Of a DNA stretch of 64,000 nucleotides, positions 21,154 through 30,088 are shown piece by piece. Every line of letters begins with the position of its first letter. Position 1 is the stretch's first letter. This stretch comes from an uncultured Bacilli bacterium (lineage in GTDB: Bacteria; Bacillota_I; Bacilli_A; RFN20; CAG-449). Below the pieces are notes generated by a model, which had not been told where the DNA came from, did no database searches, and saw only the letters and a program-made list of their open reading frames with translations. The position numbers and the translations under genes are program-made. The stretch is taken from NCBI GenBank assembly GCA_947595215.1, contig CANQEO010000002.1, positions 3,253-67,252 of the forward strand, read 5' to 3'.

Positions 21154-22366
21154 CGAGGAAGTCACCACCTTTCTTACAAGCTTCGATAAAGATATCGATA
21201 TCTTCTTTAGTGTTATAAAAATAAATACTTGCTCTTAATGTAGCTAATGTTTGTAGTCTTTCCATTAGGATTTTCGCACAATGTTGTCCAGAACGAACAC
21301 ATACGCCTTTAGAGTTTAATAGAGAAGCGGCATCTTGAGCAAAAACACCTTTAAGATTGAAAGTAATAATGCCGGTTTCAGCTTTGCTATTATAAATGGT
21401 TATATCTTCAATTTCTTTCATCTTCTCTACAGCATATGTTCGCAATTGATTTTCATATTGCTCGATTTGCTGCATGCCAATGTTTTCTAAATATTCAACA
21501 GCCGCTGCTAAACCGATTGCACCTTCGATATTTTGAGTTCCCGCTTCAAACTTTAAAGGCGGTATTTGTAAACCGACATCTCCACACATATCAAAGCGAG
21601 TATTCATGCCACCGCCAGAAAGCAATGGATCCATCTTGTCAAGTAATTCATACTTCCCGTATAAAACACCAATTCCAGTAGGGCCACACATCTTATGACC
21701 GCTGAAACACAAGAAATCACAATCTAAATCTTTGACGTCAATTTTCATATGAGGAACACTTTGAGCACCATCTACCACTAAAATTGAACCATTTTGATGG
21801 GCGAGTTCGGCGATGCTTTTAACATCAATTATATATCCCATAACATTTGTCACATGTGCGACAGCGATAATTTTAGTATTTGATGTAATAGTTTTTTTAA
21901 CATTTTCGAGTGTTAATCTTCCATCTTCATCAAGAGGAACATATTTAATCTTGCAACCAGTAATTTCTGCCACTTTAAACCATGGTAAAATATTTGAAGC
22001 GTGTTCTGCTTCAGTTAAAAGAATCTCATCATTCTCTTTAAGATACTTAACTCCATAACCATAAGCAACTAAATTAAGTGACATCGAGGCCCCAGAAGTA
22101 AATACAACTTCAGATCTTTTTGCTCCGATAAATTTAGCTACCTTAGCACGAGAATTTTCATATAGTTCATCGACTTCGTGGGACAAATCATAATCGCCAC
22201 GATGTGCGTTGGCAGTGCAGTTATAATAATAATTTTCAATAGCTTTAATTACCGAGTAAGGTTTAAAAGAAGTTGCCGCATTATCAAGATAAACTAATTT
22301 TTTGCCTTGCATCTGAAGACCACGTAGCATTGGGAAATCTCGTCTAATTTTTTCTACATCAAACAT
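21134..22366 (-). CDS. sufS: cysteine desulfurase SufS
   Basis: 410 aa. PLP motif FSGHKMCGPTGIG. Catalytic Cys in RSGQHCA. Confidence 0.95.
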   Translation of the reverse strand: MFDVEKIRRDFPMLRGLQMQGKKLVYLDNAATSFKPYSVIKAIENYYYNCTANAHRGDYDLSHEVDELYENSRAKVAKFIGAKRSEVVFTSGASMSLNLVAYGYGVKYLKENDEILLTEAEHASNILPWFKVAEITGCKIKYVPLDEDGRLTLENVKKTITSNTKIIAVAHVTNVMGYIIDVKSIAELAHQNGSILVVDGAQSVPHMKIDVKDLDCDFLCFSGHKMCGPTGIGVLYGKYELLDKMDPLLSGGGMNTRFDMCGDVGLQIPPLKFEAGTQNIEGAIGLAAAVEYLENIGMQQIEQYENQLRTYAVEKMKEIEDITIYNSKAETGIITFNLKGVFAQDAASLLNSKGVCVRSGQHCAKILMERLQTLATLRASIYFYNTKEDIDIFIEACKKGGDFLDAFFND

Positions 22367-22368
22367 AG

Positions 22369-23214
22369 CTACACCTTCTTTTCTATCGCAATAGCGATAT
22401 TATTTTTACTGTTTTCATCATCGAAAAATTCAATAATTGGATTTAAATAGCCCAATGTAATTAATTTCTTTGCTTCCGATTCACTTAAACCGCGTGAACA
22501 TAAATAAAATACATGATCTTCATTAATTTTACCAACTACAGAAGCATGACTCGCTTCCACATCATTTTCATCAATACATAACACGGGGTCAGCTTCTGCT
22601 CTACATCTTTCATCAAAAACCATGATGCGTGCATTTTGGTGCGCAGCAGATTTTTTTGCTTTATTTTTAATGGTTGAAGTGCCTAAAAATCTAATCTCCG
22701 AATCATCTTTGCTAACGCCGTAATTGTTCATTTCTGAGTAAGTGTTTATATCTTCATGATTAAACGAAACAGAGATTCTTTTTTTATCATCATTGCTAGC
22801 TAAAGTAGCTAAGCGCCATATCGCTTTGGAATTTTCACCTTTCAAGTTTATATTCACTTCAAAGTTTTCATCTCCGAAACAAAAATCTGCATATGCGCAA
22901 GTAAGATTGGCACTATTAGATAAATCAAAGGTATAAACTTTATTAGCACCCTTACTTGAAGAAAATAAAGTCATTTTAATTTCACTATCTTCACCTATTA
23001 TATAGTGAATGTTCGAATTGTTTTCACCAATCTCAAAAAAATTTATATGACAATTTTTACGACACTCAATTGTCAATTTTTTGTTTTTTAATAAATCTAA
23101 ATTGATACATACTTTATCGTTAATTTCCTCGTTAAAGGAAAAGAAAAGTTCTTCGCTTAATTCTTTCTTTTCACCGATTTCTTTCGATAATGTTTCACGC
23201 AACAAATCAATCAT
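22369..23214 (-). CDS. sufD: SufD-like Fe-S assembly protein (short form)
   Basis: 281 aa. C-terminal SufBD motif (HQNARIMVFD..., FYLCSRGLSESEAKKL). Confidence 0.8.
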   Translation of the reverse strand: MIDLLRETLSKEIGEKKELSEELFFSFNEEINDKVCINLDLLKNKKLTIECRKNCHINFFEIGENNSNIHYIIGEDSEIKMTLFSSSKGANKVYTFDLSNSANLTCAYADFCFGDENFEVNINLKGENSKAIWRLATLASNDDKKRISVSFNHEDINTYSEMNNYGVSKDDSEIRFLGTSTIKNKAKKSAAHQNARIMVFDERCRAEADPVLCIDENDVEASHASVVGKINEDHVFYLCSRGLSESEAKKLITLGYLNPIIEFFDDENSKNNIAIAIEKKV

Positions 23215-23223
23215 AATATCACC

Positions 23224-24051
23224 CTATTTTTTGATGGTCTCTTTGACGGCACAAGAACCGATAGATGTAGTGCGCATATCAACATGATCTTCTTTTTTGA
23301 TTTCAATTCCCAATTCGTATTTAAGCCATTCATAGCCATCTTTATCAATACGGGAAATTAGTTCTGGACCACCTTCGATGACAATGCGACCATTGATCAT
23401 AATCGCAGTACGAGTCGGCCGGATTAATTGATAAAGTCTTGCATAGTGAGACACTACCAAAAACGAAATAGTTGATTGATTTTTCATGTTGTTAATGGCT
23501 TCTGAAACACAATTTAAAGCATCGACATCAAGTCCGGAGTCAATCTCATCCAACATTGCAAAATCAGGTTTTAAAAGTAGTAGTTGTAAAATTTCATTAC
23601 GTTTCTTTTCGCCGCCGGAAAAACCTTCGTTTAAAAATCTACTTGCCATTTCCATTGAGATGTTCATTGTTTTTGAAGCAGATTCTAATTGACGATAAAA
23701 TTCGTAAAGTCCAATCGGCTTTTCTCGACAGCTGTTAATAGCTGCCTTCAAAAAATCAGCATTAACGACACCAGGAACTTCACTTGGGTATTGCATCGCT
23801 AAAAATATTCCACTTTTAGCCCTTTCATCGACCGACATTGCCAAAAGATCTTTTCCGTCCAATAAAATTTTACCTTCAGTAACTTTGTATCTGGGATTTC
23901 CCATAATTGCCGCTAATAAAGTTGATTTTCCATGGCCATTTGGGCCTAAAAGTGCCACGGTTTCGTTTTCTTTAATTGTAAGATTCACACCTTTTAAAAT
24001 TTCTTTATCATCGACATTAACGTGTAAATTTTCTATTACTAATGTTTTCAT
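23224..24051 (-). CDS. sufC: Fe-S assembly ATPase SufC
   Basis: Walker A GPNGHGKST, signature FSGGEKKRNE. 275 aa with about 20 extra C-terminal residues. AAGGAG 9 nt upstream. Confidence 0.95.
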   Translation of the reverse strand: MKTLVIENLHVNVDDKEILKGVNLTIKENETVALLGPNGHGKSTLLAAIMGNPRYKVTEGKILLDGKDLLAMSVDERAKSGIFLAMQYPSEVPGVVNADFLKAAINSCREKPIGLYEFYRQLESASKTMNISMEMASRFLNEGFSGGEKKRNEILQLLLLKPDFAMLDEIDSGLDVDALNCVSEAINNMKNQSTISFLVVSHYARLYQLIRPTRTAIMINGRIVIEGGPELISRIDKDGYEWLKYELGIEIKKEDHVDMRTTSIGSCAVKETIKK

Positions 24052-24111
24052 GTTGATAGACTCCTTAAGCGTTATTATTCTACACTATTGTTTTTCATAG
24101 TACAATTTTAA

Positions 24112-24131
24112 CGATAAATAAGTATTTATCG
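24112..24131. promoter_or_regulatory. perfect 9-2-9 palindrome upstream of the suf operon (candidate operator)
   Basis: CGATAAATA-AG-TATTTATCG, 61-80 nt upstream of the sufC ATG. The arms resemble Fur/PerR-family half sites (GATAAT/ATTATC). Confidence 0.4.
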
Positions 24132-24188
24132 ACTAACTTATCTTGGTGTATTTTATCAAAAAAATCAACTTTTTAAGGTTTTTTCCAT

Positions 24189-24217
24189 AAAAAAAGAGCA
24201 AAGTTTGACTTTGCCCC
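24189..24217 (-). terminator. rho-independent terminator after the tiny-peptide pair
   Basis: Minus strand reads GCAAAGT-CAA-ACTTTGC then TCTTTTTTT, directly after the stop at 24225. Confidence 0.65.
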
Positions 24218-24224
24218 TAAGAAC

Positions 24225-24320
24225 TTAACAACCGCAGTTTCCGAACCATCCGCCGCAACCGACGATAACGAGTAGGATGAACAAAACTAAAATAATCGCA
24301 AATGTGTTATTAGTATTCAT
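24225..24320 (-). CDS. tiny Cys-rich transmembrane peptide, YjcZ-like (31 aa)
   Basis: Not in ORF track. MNTNNTFAIILVLFILLVIVGCGGWFGNCGC. AAGGAGGTG 8 nt upstream. Core FAxIxVLFILLxIVG matches the tiny-TM YjcZ family as I remember it. Confidence 0.6.
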   Translation of the reverse strand: MNTNNTFAIILVLFILLVIVGCGGWFGNCGC

Positions 24321-24337
24321 TTAATTGCACCTCCTTT

Positions 24338-24445
24338 TTAGCCTTGGCAAACGCAGCCAATAATCGCTATTAAGATAAACAAAATGAGTATAAACGCAAA
24401 GAAATTAGACGTTGTTGCTGGTTGATATCCCATGCTTTGATTCAT
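24338..24445 (-). CDS. tiny Cys-rich transmembrane peptide, YjcZ-like (35 aa)
   Basis: Not in ORF track. MNQSMGYQPATTSNFFAFILILFILIAIIGCVCQG. AAGGAGG 6 nt upstream. Paralogue of the downstream peptide. Confidence 0.6.
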   Translation of the reverse strand: MNQSMGYQPATTSNFFAFILILFILIAIIGCVCQG

Positions 24446-24470
24446 AGTCGACCTCCTTTGTTTTCACGAT

Positions 24471-24499
24471 ATACTATGCAAGTTATTTGAACTTGTTAA
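24471..24499 (-). promoter_or_regulatory. sigma-A-like promoter for the tiny-peptide pair
   Basis: Minus strand: TTAACA (24499-24494), 17 nt, TAGTAT (24476-24471). Confidence 0.45.
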
Positions 24500-24572
24500 T
24501 GCCATATTAAAAAAATACATTTTTGCGCCCAAATCGCCATTATGACTTTTTTTGCATTTGGTTTTTTTCTTA

Positions 24573-24601
24573 TTGAAATGGTTATGACCTTATTGTAGAA
24601 T
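24573..24601 (+). promoter_or_regulatory. sigma-A-like promoter for the PrsA-like lipoprotein operon
   Basis: TTGAAA (24573-78), 17 nt, TAGAAT (24596-601). GGAGGA SD before the ATG at 24641. Confidence 0.5.
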
Positions 24602-24640
24602 ATTCATGCTATATTTTTATAGAAGGAGGAAGAAACAACC

Positions 24641-26425
24641 ATGAAAAAACGTTTACTGATGTTGTCCATGACTAGCGTTATTACTCTTGGTGCTCTTGTT
24701 TCATGTGATACAATCACCGCTAAACAAGATGACGAAGGTCGGGATGTAATCGTATCGATTGGTGATAAAAATTACACTGCTGATGAGTTATTTGCTGAAT
24801 ATGGCAAAACTACATCTGGCGCCGCAGCTTACTATGATGCAATTTACGACGTCTTAGTTCGCCATGCAGAACCGGTTACCGAAGCAATTGAATCAGTTGT
24901 TAATGGCTACATTGATAGTGTCACACAATTAGCTACTGATAATGCCAATAAAAACGGAACCACATATCGTACCGAACTTTCAAATATCTTAATCGAAAGA
25001 GGTGTTGAAGATCTCGACGAACTTAGAGAACTCTATATCCTCGAAGAGCAAAAGACAAAATTTGAAGATAAATGGTATGATGCTAATGAAGGAAGAGAAT
25101 TAGTAAAGAAAGATGAAACTGAAAGCGCAAAAATCACAAGATTTGAAGATTTAACTCTCGAATATGTTCAAGAAAAGAATCCATATCATGTGAGACATAT
25201 TTTGGTTAAAGTCAGTGCCAATTCAAGTTTCTACGATGGTCAAATCTCTTCAGACAACGCGAAGAAAATTTCCCACGTGGCTCAAATGTTATCAAGTGAC
25301 CTCGTCACATTTGGTAATGTTGCACTCACTGAAAGTGATGATAATGGAAACGATGCTAACAGTACTAGTAGTTCCGCTTCTAAATTCGGTAACTTAGGTA
25401 TCATGGATCGTGATTCTGGTTACGTTAACGAATTCACATTTGGTATTTTTCAATATGATGCATTCTTCAATCAAGCTAACAAAGATAACGATCGTATCTC
25501 AATGCTTGATATTCCAGGTGATAAAGATATCGTCATTTCCGGTAGCGATGAAGATGTTGAATACTTAAAAGTTTCTGATGTCTTAAGCAAAGAAAATATC
25601 AACTTCATTCCATTTGGAAAAGTAATGCAACTTGAAGAATATGCCGATGTAGAAGGTTACTTCGGAGATTTCTACGGAGATAGCAATAGTGGTAAGTACA
25701 AGCAAATCGAAAATGGTAATGCTTCTTATTTCCCAAGAAATATCTTATTTAACAATTATTTCAATAATCACGGCTTAAACTTCATTCTTAAACCAACCGC
25801 TGATGAAATCGCCGACTTTGATTTAGAGAATAAAGTCTCCGATAGCCGTTTCGTCTCATTAGGTGAGGATTTAGGTAACGTCGAAGTTCTCTGTGATGAA
25901 AATCAAAATCCAATTTTAGTTACTAGAGCTGGTAGTGGTAGTGGTGATAGTGGATATCAAGGTCTTCACTTTATCGTAATTGAAAAATCACCAGTCACAG
26001 CATCTGATGCTGACTTACTCTATTACTATTCGACAGATGTCCCAGGTTCTTCCGATATCGTTACTGGTGACAAACGATATGTTACTTTCATCGACTCTGA
26101 TAGAAGTACTTATCAAGAAAATGCTGATGAAATTGAAGATAAAGTCAAAGGATTCGATAGCAATATCAAATACCGCATCTTTAAAGAAGAAGTGGCTAAA
26201 GAAGGCGTTGAAATCAAAAAAGAAATTCTTGATTTAATTACTGAATATATGGAAAATTCTATCGAACGCAGTAAGTTCAATGCTGAAGAAAGCTACAAAG
26301 AAAGCTGGGCTTCTTACCTCAAGATGTTAATGTTACAAAAATCCATTCAAGAAAAGAAAGTCATCGGTGAAGATGATGAATACATCGTCAACATCTATAA
26401 AGACCTTTCTAAATATGGTAAATAG
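24641..26425 (+). CDS. PrsA-like lipoprotein: parvulin-type PPIase motifs split by a large insertion
   Basis: 594 aa. Lipobox LVSC. VRHILVK (cf. PrsA ASHILVK), FGNLGIMDRDSGYVNEFTFGIF (cf. GGDLGFF..MVKEFEDAAF) and, about 170 aa later, GYQGLHFIVIEK (cf. FGYHIIKV). Lies beside hit and yhaM, as prsA does in B. subtilis. Confidence 0.5.
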   Translation: MKKRLLMLSMTSVITLGALVSCDTITAKQDDEGRDVIVSIGDKNYTADELFAEYGKTTSGAAAYYDAIYDVLVRHAEPVTEAIESVVNGYIDSVTQLATDNANKNGTTYRTELSNILIERGVEDLDELRELYILEEQKTKFEDKWYDANEGRELVKKDETESAKITRFEDLTLEYVQEKNPYHVRHILVKVSANSSFYDGQISSDNAKKISHVAQMLSSDLVTFGNVALTESDDNGNDANSTSSSASKFGNLGIMDRDSGYVNEFTFGIFQYDAFFNQANKDNDRISMLDIPGDKDIVISGSDEDVEYLKVSDVLSKENINFIPFGKVMQLEEYADVEGYFGDFYGDSNSGKYKQIENGNASYFPRNILFNNYFNNHGLNFILKPTADEIADFDLENKVSDSRFVSLGEDLGNVEVLCDENQNPILVTRAGSGSGDSGYQGLHFIVIEKSPVTASDADLLYYYSTDVPGSSDIVTGDKRYVTFIDSDRSTYQENADEIEDKVKGFDSNIKYRIFKEEVAKEGVEIKKEILDLITEYMENSIERSKFNAEESYKESWASYLKMLMLQKSIQEKKVIGEDDEYIVNIYKDLSKYGK

Positions 26426-26437
26426 GAGGATACAAAA

Positions 26438-27859
26438 ATGAAAAAGAAACATATTTTACTTTCATTAGCGGCTTCCTTCTTATTAGTCGGATGTGCCGGA
26501 ACCATCGAAGCAGTACCTGGTAATGTTGACGATAATCTCGTTAACTTTAGTGGTAATAGCACCGAATATTTTCGCAATGATATTCAAATGATTTACGATC
26601 AATTAGTAGATGCTGGTACAAGCAATTCAACTATTCTCAATGCTATTCTTAAAATGATTGCTGAAGATCCGGAAAAAGGTATTTTCAAAGATTTCACTAC
26701 TGAGGAACACATTCAAGAACTTTGCAAAGAAAAGATGATTGATAAGGTTAAATCTGGCTCTTACGATGTCAATGGTTTATTCCAAGAATCAAAATTAATT
26801 AGTGAACTTAAAGCTTCTCTCTATGATATTAAATCTGTTGACGGAGCGGAACCAAATGACAACCACCTTTTACTACCAACTGATGAATACGATGACATCT
26901 TCAATTATGACTATAGTGATTATATTGAAAGAAACATCAGAAAAGATGTTGTCATTCAAGAATTGACTGCTAAATACTTATTCAAAGAAGATTATAGTAG
27001 TTTACGTAAATCTTATGCGCGTCGTGTAAGATATATCGCTCTTGAAGAAATCGAAGGACACAAAGGTGAAGCTGCTAGAACCTTAACTGCTTTCATTAAT
27101 AAGTTTGTTAATAATCCACAAGTTACTGACTTTGATTTAGACTCACTTGCAAGAATTTGGACCGGTGTCGAATCAACCATGACCGAAGATGAAATCCAAT
27201 TTGTCAATGAAAATGGTTTATATACCCTTTCAGATCAAATTGTCGATGAATTAGCAAAGATTGTTGAAGTCGATGAAAATGGTGATCCAACCCTAGATGA
27301 AAAAGGCGAATACATCATGAAAGGTGTAAAAGCCACAGATGAAAGTCTCGAATCAAAATATACCGGAAGTTATACATATCCGGTTAGAATGGGTCACATT
27401 CTTGCAGAAAGAGAACTTGCTAAGACTGAATTAGTTGAAGATGATTTATTTATCAAAAATAATGGTATCAATGATCTTCCTTCAAAAATTACCGATCGTA
27501 TCTTCTCTAACCAAATCAATAGAACTAATGGTTATTTAGTTTCTGCACCTGGAAAAGATGATATTAAATTCTTAGTTCCAGAGAGAGTTGAAAATAATAA
27601 TGACTTTGCTTCAAAGATTATTCACTATGATGCATCTTCTTCAACTAGATATGTTGTCATCGTTGATGCAGTCTACAATTCATTAACTGAATTAGATGAC
27701 AAAGATGCTGTTGAAATCGCAGAAATTTTAGCAGAGAACTCAACCAATAAGAGAGATTCAATCATTCACTATCTAAAAGAATTCAATATCGAGATTCACG
27801 ATCAAGCATTCTACGATTACATTAATTCCACTTATAGTGAAGTATTCGAAGAGGACTAA
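26438..27859 (+). CDS. lipoprotein of unknown function (co-transcribed with the PrsA-like gene)
   Basis: 473 aa. Lipobox LLVGCAG. GGAGGA SD. 12-nt gap to the upstream gene. No catalytic motif recognised. Confidence 0.5.
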   Translation: MKKKHILLSLAASFLLVGCAGTIEAVPGNVDDNLVNFSGNSTEYFRNDIQMIYDQLVDAGTSNSTILNAILKMIAEDPEKGIFKDFTTEEHIQELCKEKMIDKVKSGSYDVNGLFQESKLISELKASLYDIKSVDGAEPNDNHLLLPTDEYDDIFNYDYSDYIERNIRKDVVIQELTAKYLFKEDYSSLRKSYARRVRYIALEEIEGHKGEAARTLTAFINKFVNNPQVTDFDLDSLARIWTGVESTMTEDEIQFVNENGLYTLSDQIVDELAKIVEVDENGDPTLDEKGEYIMKGVKATDESLESKYTGSYTYPVRMGHILAERELAKTELVEDDLFIKNNGINDLPSKITDRIFSNQINRTNGYLVSAPGKDDIKFLVPERVENNNDFASKIIHYDASSSTRYVVIVDAVYNSLTELDDKDAVEIAEILAENSTNKRDSIIHYLKEFNIEIHDQAFYDYINSTYSEVFEED

Positions 27860-27864
27860 AAAAT

Positions 27865-27890
27865 AAAAGGAGGTCTATCCTCCTTTTTTT
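27865..27890 (+). terminator. rho-independent terminator
   Basis: AAAAGGAGG-TCTAT-CCTCCTTTT followed by a T-run, right after the stop at 27859. Confidence 0.75.
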
Positions 27891-27914
27891 GAACTTTAAT
27901 AGGAGGAGCAAATT

Positions 27915-28328
27915 ATGGATAACTGTATTTTTTGTAAAATTGTTCGTGGTGAAATTCCATGCTATAAGGTTTATGAAGATGATGAAATTTTGGCCTTTTT
28001 AGATATTAGTCAAACGACATTAGGCCATACACTTGTAATCACTAAGGAGCATTTCGATAACTTTCTTTTCGTCCCAAAAGATTTATTAACTAAAGCCATC
28101 AGTGTAGCTCAACGTGTTGCTCAATCGCAAGTTGCATCTTTACATGCTAGTGGTAACAATATTATCATCAATACTAATGAAGTTGCTGGACAAACTGTGA
28201 TGCACTTCCACATTCATGTAATTCCACGATATTCTTCAAATGATAATTTACGTTTAGAATTTACACCTAATGCAATTGAAAAACTTAATCTTCCAGCAGT
28301 GGCAAATAAAATTAATAAAAATTTATAA
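27915..28328 (+). CDS. hit: HIT-family nucleotide hydrolase
   Basis: 137 aa. Histidine triad HFHIHVIP. N-terminal CIFCKI. Confidence 0.9.
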   Translation: MDNCIFCKIVRGEIPCYKVYEDDEILAFLDISQTTLGHTLVITKEHFDNFLFVPKDLLTKAISVAQRVAQSQVASLHASGNNIIINTNEVAGQTVMHFHIHVIPRYSSNDNLRLEFTPNAIEKLNLPAVANKINKNL

Positions 28329-28332
28329 ACTT

Positions 28333-28365
28333 AAAAAGCACATCAATTATGAATGTGCTTTTTTA
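28333..28365. terminator. bidirectional terminator between hit and yhaM
   Basis: A-run, AGCACAT-n9-ATGTGCT, T-run. Sits between convergent genes. Confidence 0.65.
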
Positions 28366-29304
28366 TTAATTTTTCTTAGGCTTATAGAATGTTCTTCCAT
28401 CCATCGCTTGTACTCTCAATGAGAATTCTCCTGGCTCAACTGCATCTAAGGCTTTATCAATAATCATCATCTTAGCGTCTAAATCATCGATAATATGAAG
28501 AATTACTGCCTCTCTAGTTAATGGAACAATTGGAGAACCATATTCCTTTTCACCATGATGTGAAAGAACCATATGCTCTAAAAGAAGCGGAATCTCCCCA
28601 GTAATATTTAATTTTTCAGCAATCATGCGAATCTCTGAAACCATTATTGTAATATGACCTAAAAGTTTTCCTTCTAAAGTATATTTAGTGGCTATAGGAC
28701 CACTTAATTCACTTGTCTTACCAATATCATGTAAAATAGCACCGGATACTAGTAAATCTCGATCTAATGACGGATAATACGTGCAAAGCATTAGAGCAAT
28801 CTCAACCATAGAAACTGTGTGATACATTAATCCAGATGCAAATTCATGGTGGTTTCTAGTAGCCGCCGGAAAGGAAATAAACTCCGAATAATGATTTAAT
28901 ACGATTTCATTAACAATCGCACGACAATCGTCGTTTTTGATGTCTTTGATGTAGTTATTTAATTTTCTTTCTAACTCGTGAGGATCAATAGGGCATGGAA
29001 TTGAATAACGAGTAAAATCGACCATTTTTTGATCAACTTCACTGACACTTAGAATTTTGAGTTGTAAAACTTGGCGATACTCAATCACATCGGCTATAAT
29101 TTTAATTACTAAACCAGTTTGCACAACCGCTATATCCGCTTCGCTTACATCCCACTTTTTTCCTTCGATAGTTCCAGAACGATCTTGTAAGGTTATTGAA
29201 AGATATGGAGATCCAGCATTAGATACTCCTTTAGTGACATTAGTTACGAGCAACTCTAATTCTAGCTTATCCCCTTCTTTAAATTCGTTAACAAACTTAC
29301 TCAT
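28366..29304 (-). CDS. yhaM: 3'-5' exoribonuclease YhaM (OB fold + HD domain)
   Basis: 312 aa. N-terminal OB fold. HD motif LHDIGK...HHGEKEYGSP. Confidence 0.85.
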   Translation of the reverse strand: MSKFVNEFKEGDKLELELLVTNVTKGVSNAGSPYLSITLQDRSGTIEGKKWDVSEADIAVVQTGLVIKIIADVIEYRQVLQLKILSVSEVDQKMVDFTRYSIPCPIDPHELERKLNNYIKDIKNDDCRAIVNEIVLNHYSEFISFPAATRNHHEFASGLMYHTVSMVEIALMLCTYYPSLDRDLLVSGAILHDIGKTSELSGPIATKYTLEGKLLGHITIMVSEIRMIAEKLNITGEIPLLLEHMVLSHHGEKEYGSPIVPLTREAVILHIIDDLDAKMMIIDKALDAVEPGEFSLRVQAMDGRTFYKPKKN

Positions 29305-30088
29305 ATATTTCCTCCATTACTGCTTTAATATCGTCGAGACGATAACCTCGACTCAGAAGTTTTTTTATTAAAACTTCTTTTAATTCATCTTCATTATAGC
29401 GCGATGACAAATTATGCGAAAGCGAGACAATATCATGTCTTAATATTTCTTGCTCTTGTTCGCGATTATAAGCTATTTTAGAAGTATATTTACTTACTAA
29501 TTCACTATCAAATCCGCGGTTTATAAGAAATTTATATACTGAATCTTTCTTTTTTAAGTTGCACTTGTTTTGGTACATTTTAATAGCTTTAGCATATGCG
29601 ACTTGAATTTTATGTTCTTCTTCCTCTTCGTTATAAACTTGCTTTTTTAATACCTTCAAATCAACGCTCACGTCTTTTAAACGTTGACGAACTTTGTAAA
29701 ATCCTTGTGCTTTGTAAGTTCCTTCATATTGAACTTCTTCTAAATATTTATCATCTGATAATAATTTTGCTTCTTTTAATTCATCAATAATTTTGTCTGC
29801 CTCATGAGAAAAGATTCCTCTTTTCATTAATTTTTCTTTCATTTGATGACAAGTATAAAGGCGTTTAGATGCTAAATTAATCGCATATGCACGACTTTTA
29901 GCTATCGCTTCATAAGCAATTATTCGATTATATTCTTCATTTGAGATTGTCTTGTTTTGATATATGAAAAATTGAGAAAAAGTGTCTTTTGAGATTTTTA
30001 TAGAACCACCATCTCGAAATATAATGTTTATTTTATTAGAACTAAAAAAAATTTCCTCAACGACTTTACCATTTGCGGCGGATGGCAC
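29297..30088 (-). CDS. recX: RecX-like regulatory protein
   Basis: Repeated three-helix modules (KLMKRGIFSHEADKIIDEL; LINRGFDSELV; LLSRGYRLDDIKAVMEEI). GGAGGTG 7 nt before the GTG at 30088 gives a 263-aa product starting MPSAANGKVVEEIFF, similar in length to B. subtilis RecX. The track start at 30127 is a TTG with no SD. Confidence 0.65.
   Translation of the reverse strand: MPSAANGKVVEEIFFSSNKINIIFRDGGSIKISKDTFSQFFIYQNKTISNEEYNRIIAYEAIAKSRAYAINLASKRLYTCHQMKEKLMKRGIFSHEADKIIDELKEAKLLSDDKYLEEVQYEGTYKAQGFYKVRQRLKDVSVDLKVLKKQVYNEEEEEHKIQVAYAKAIKMYQNKCNLKKKDSVYKFLINRGFDSELVSKYTSKIAYNREQEQEILRHDIVSLSHNLSSRYNEDELKEVLIKKLLSRGYRLDDIKAVMEEIYE

Noticed and set aside
24470-24496. Sigma-K-like promoter reading (AC-16 nt-CATAGTATA) upstream of the YjcZ-like peptides
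   Set aside because: The same bases give a good sigma-A promoter (TTAACA-17-TAGTAT). The loose sigma-K consensus is easily matched by chance in AT-rich DNA, so it does not discriminate.
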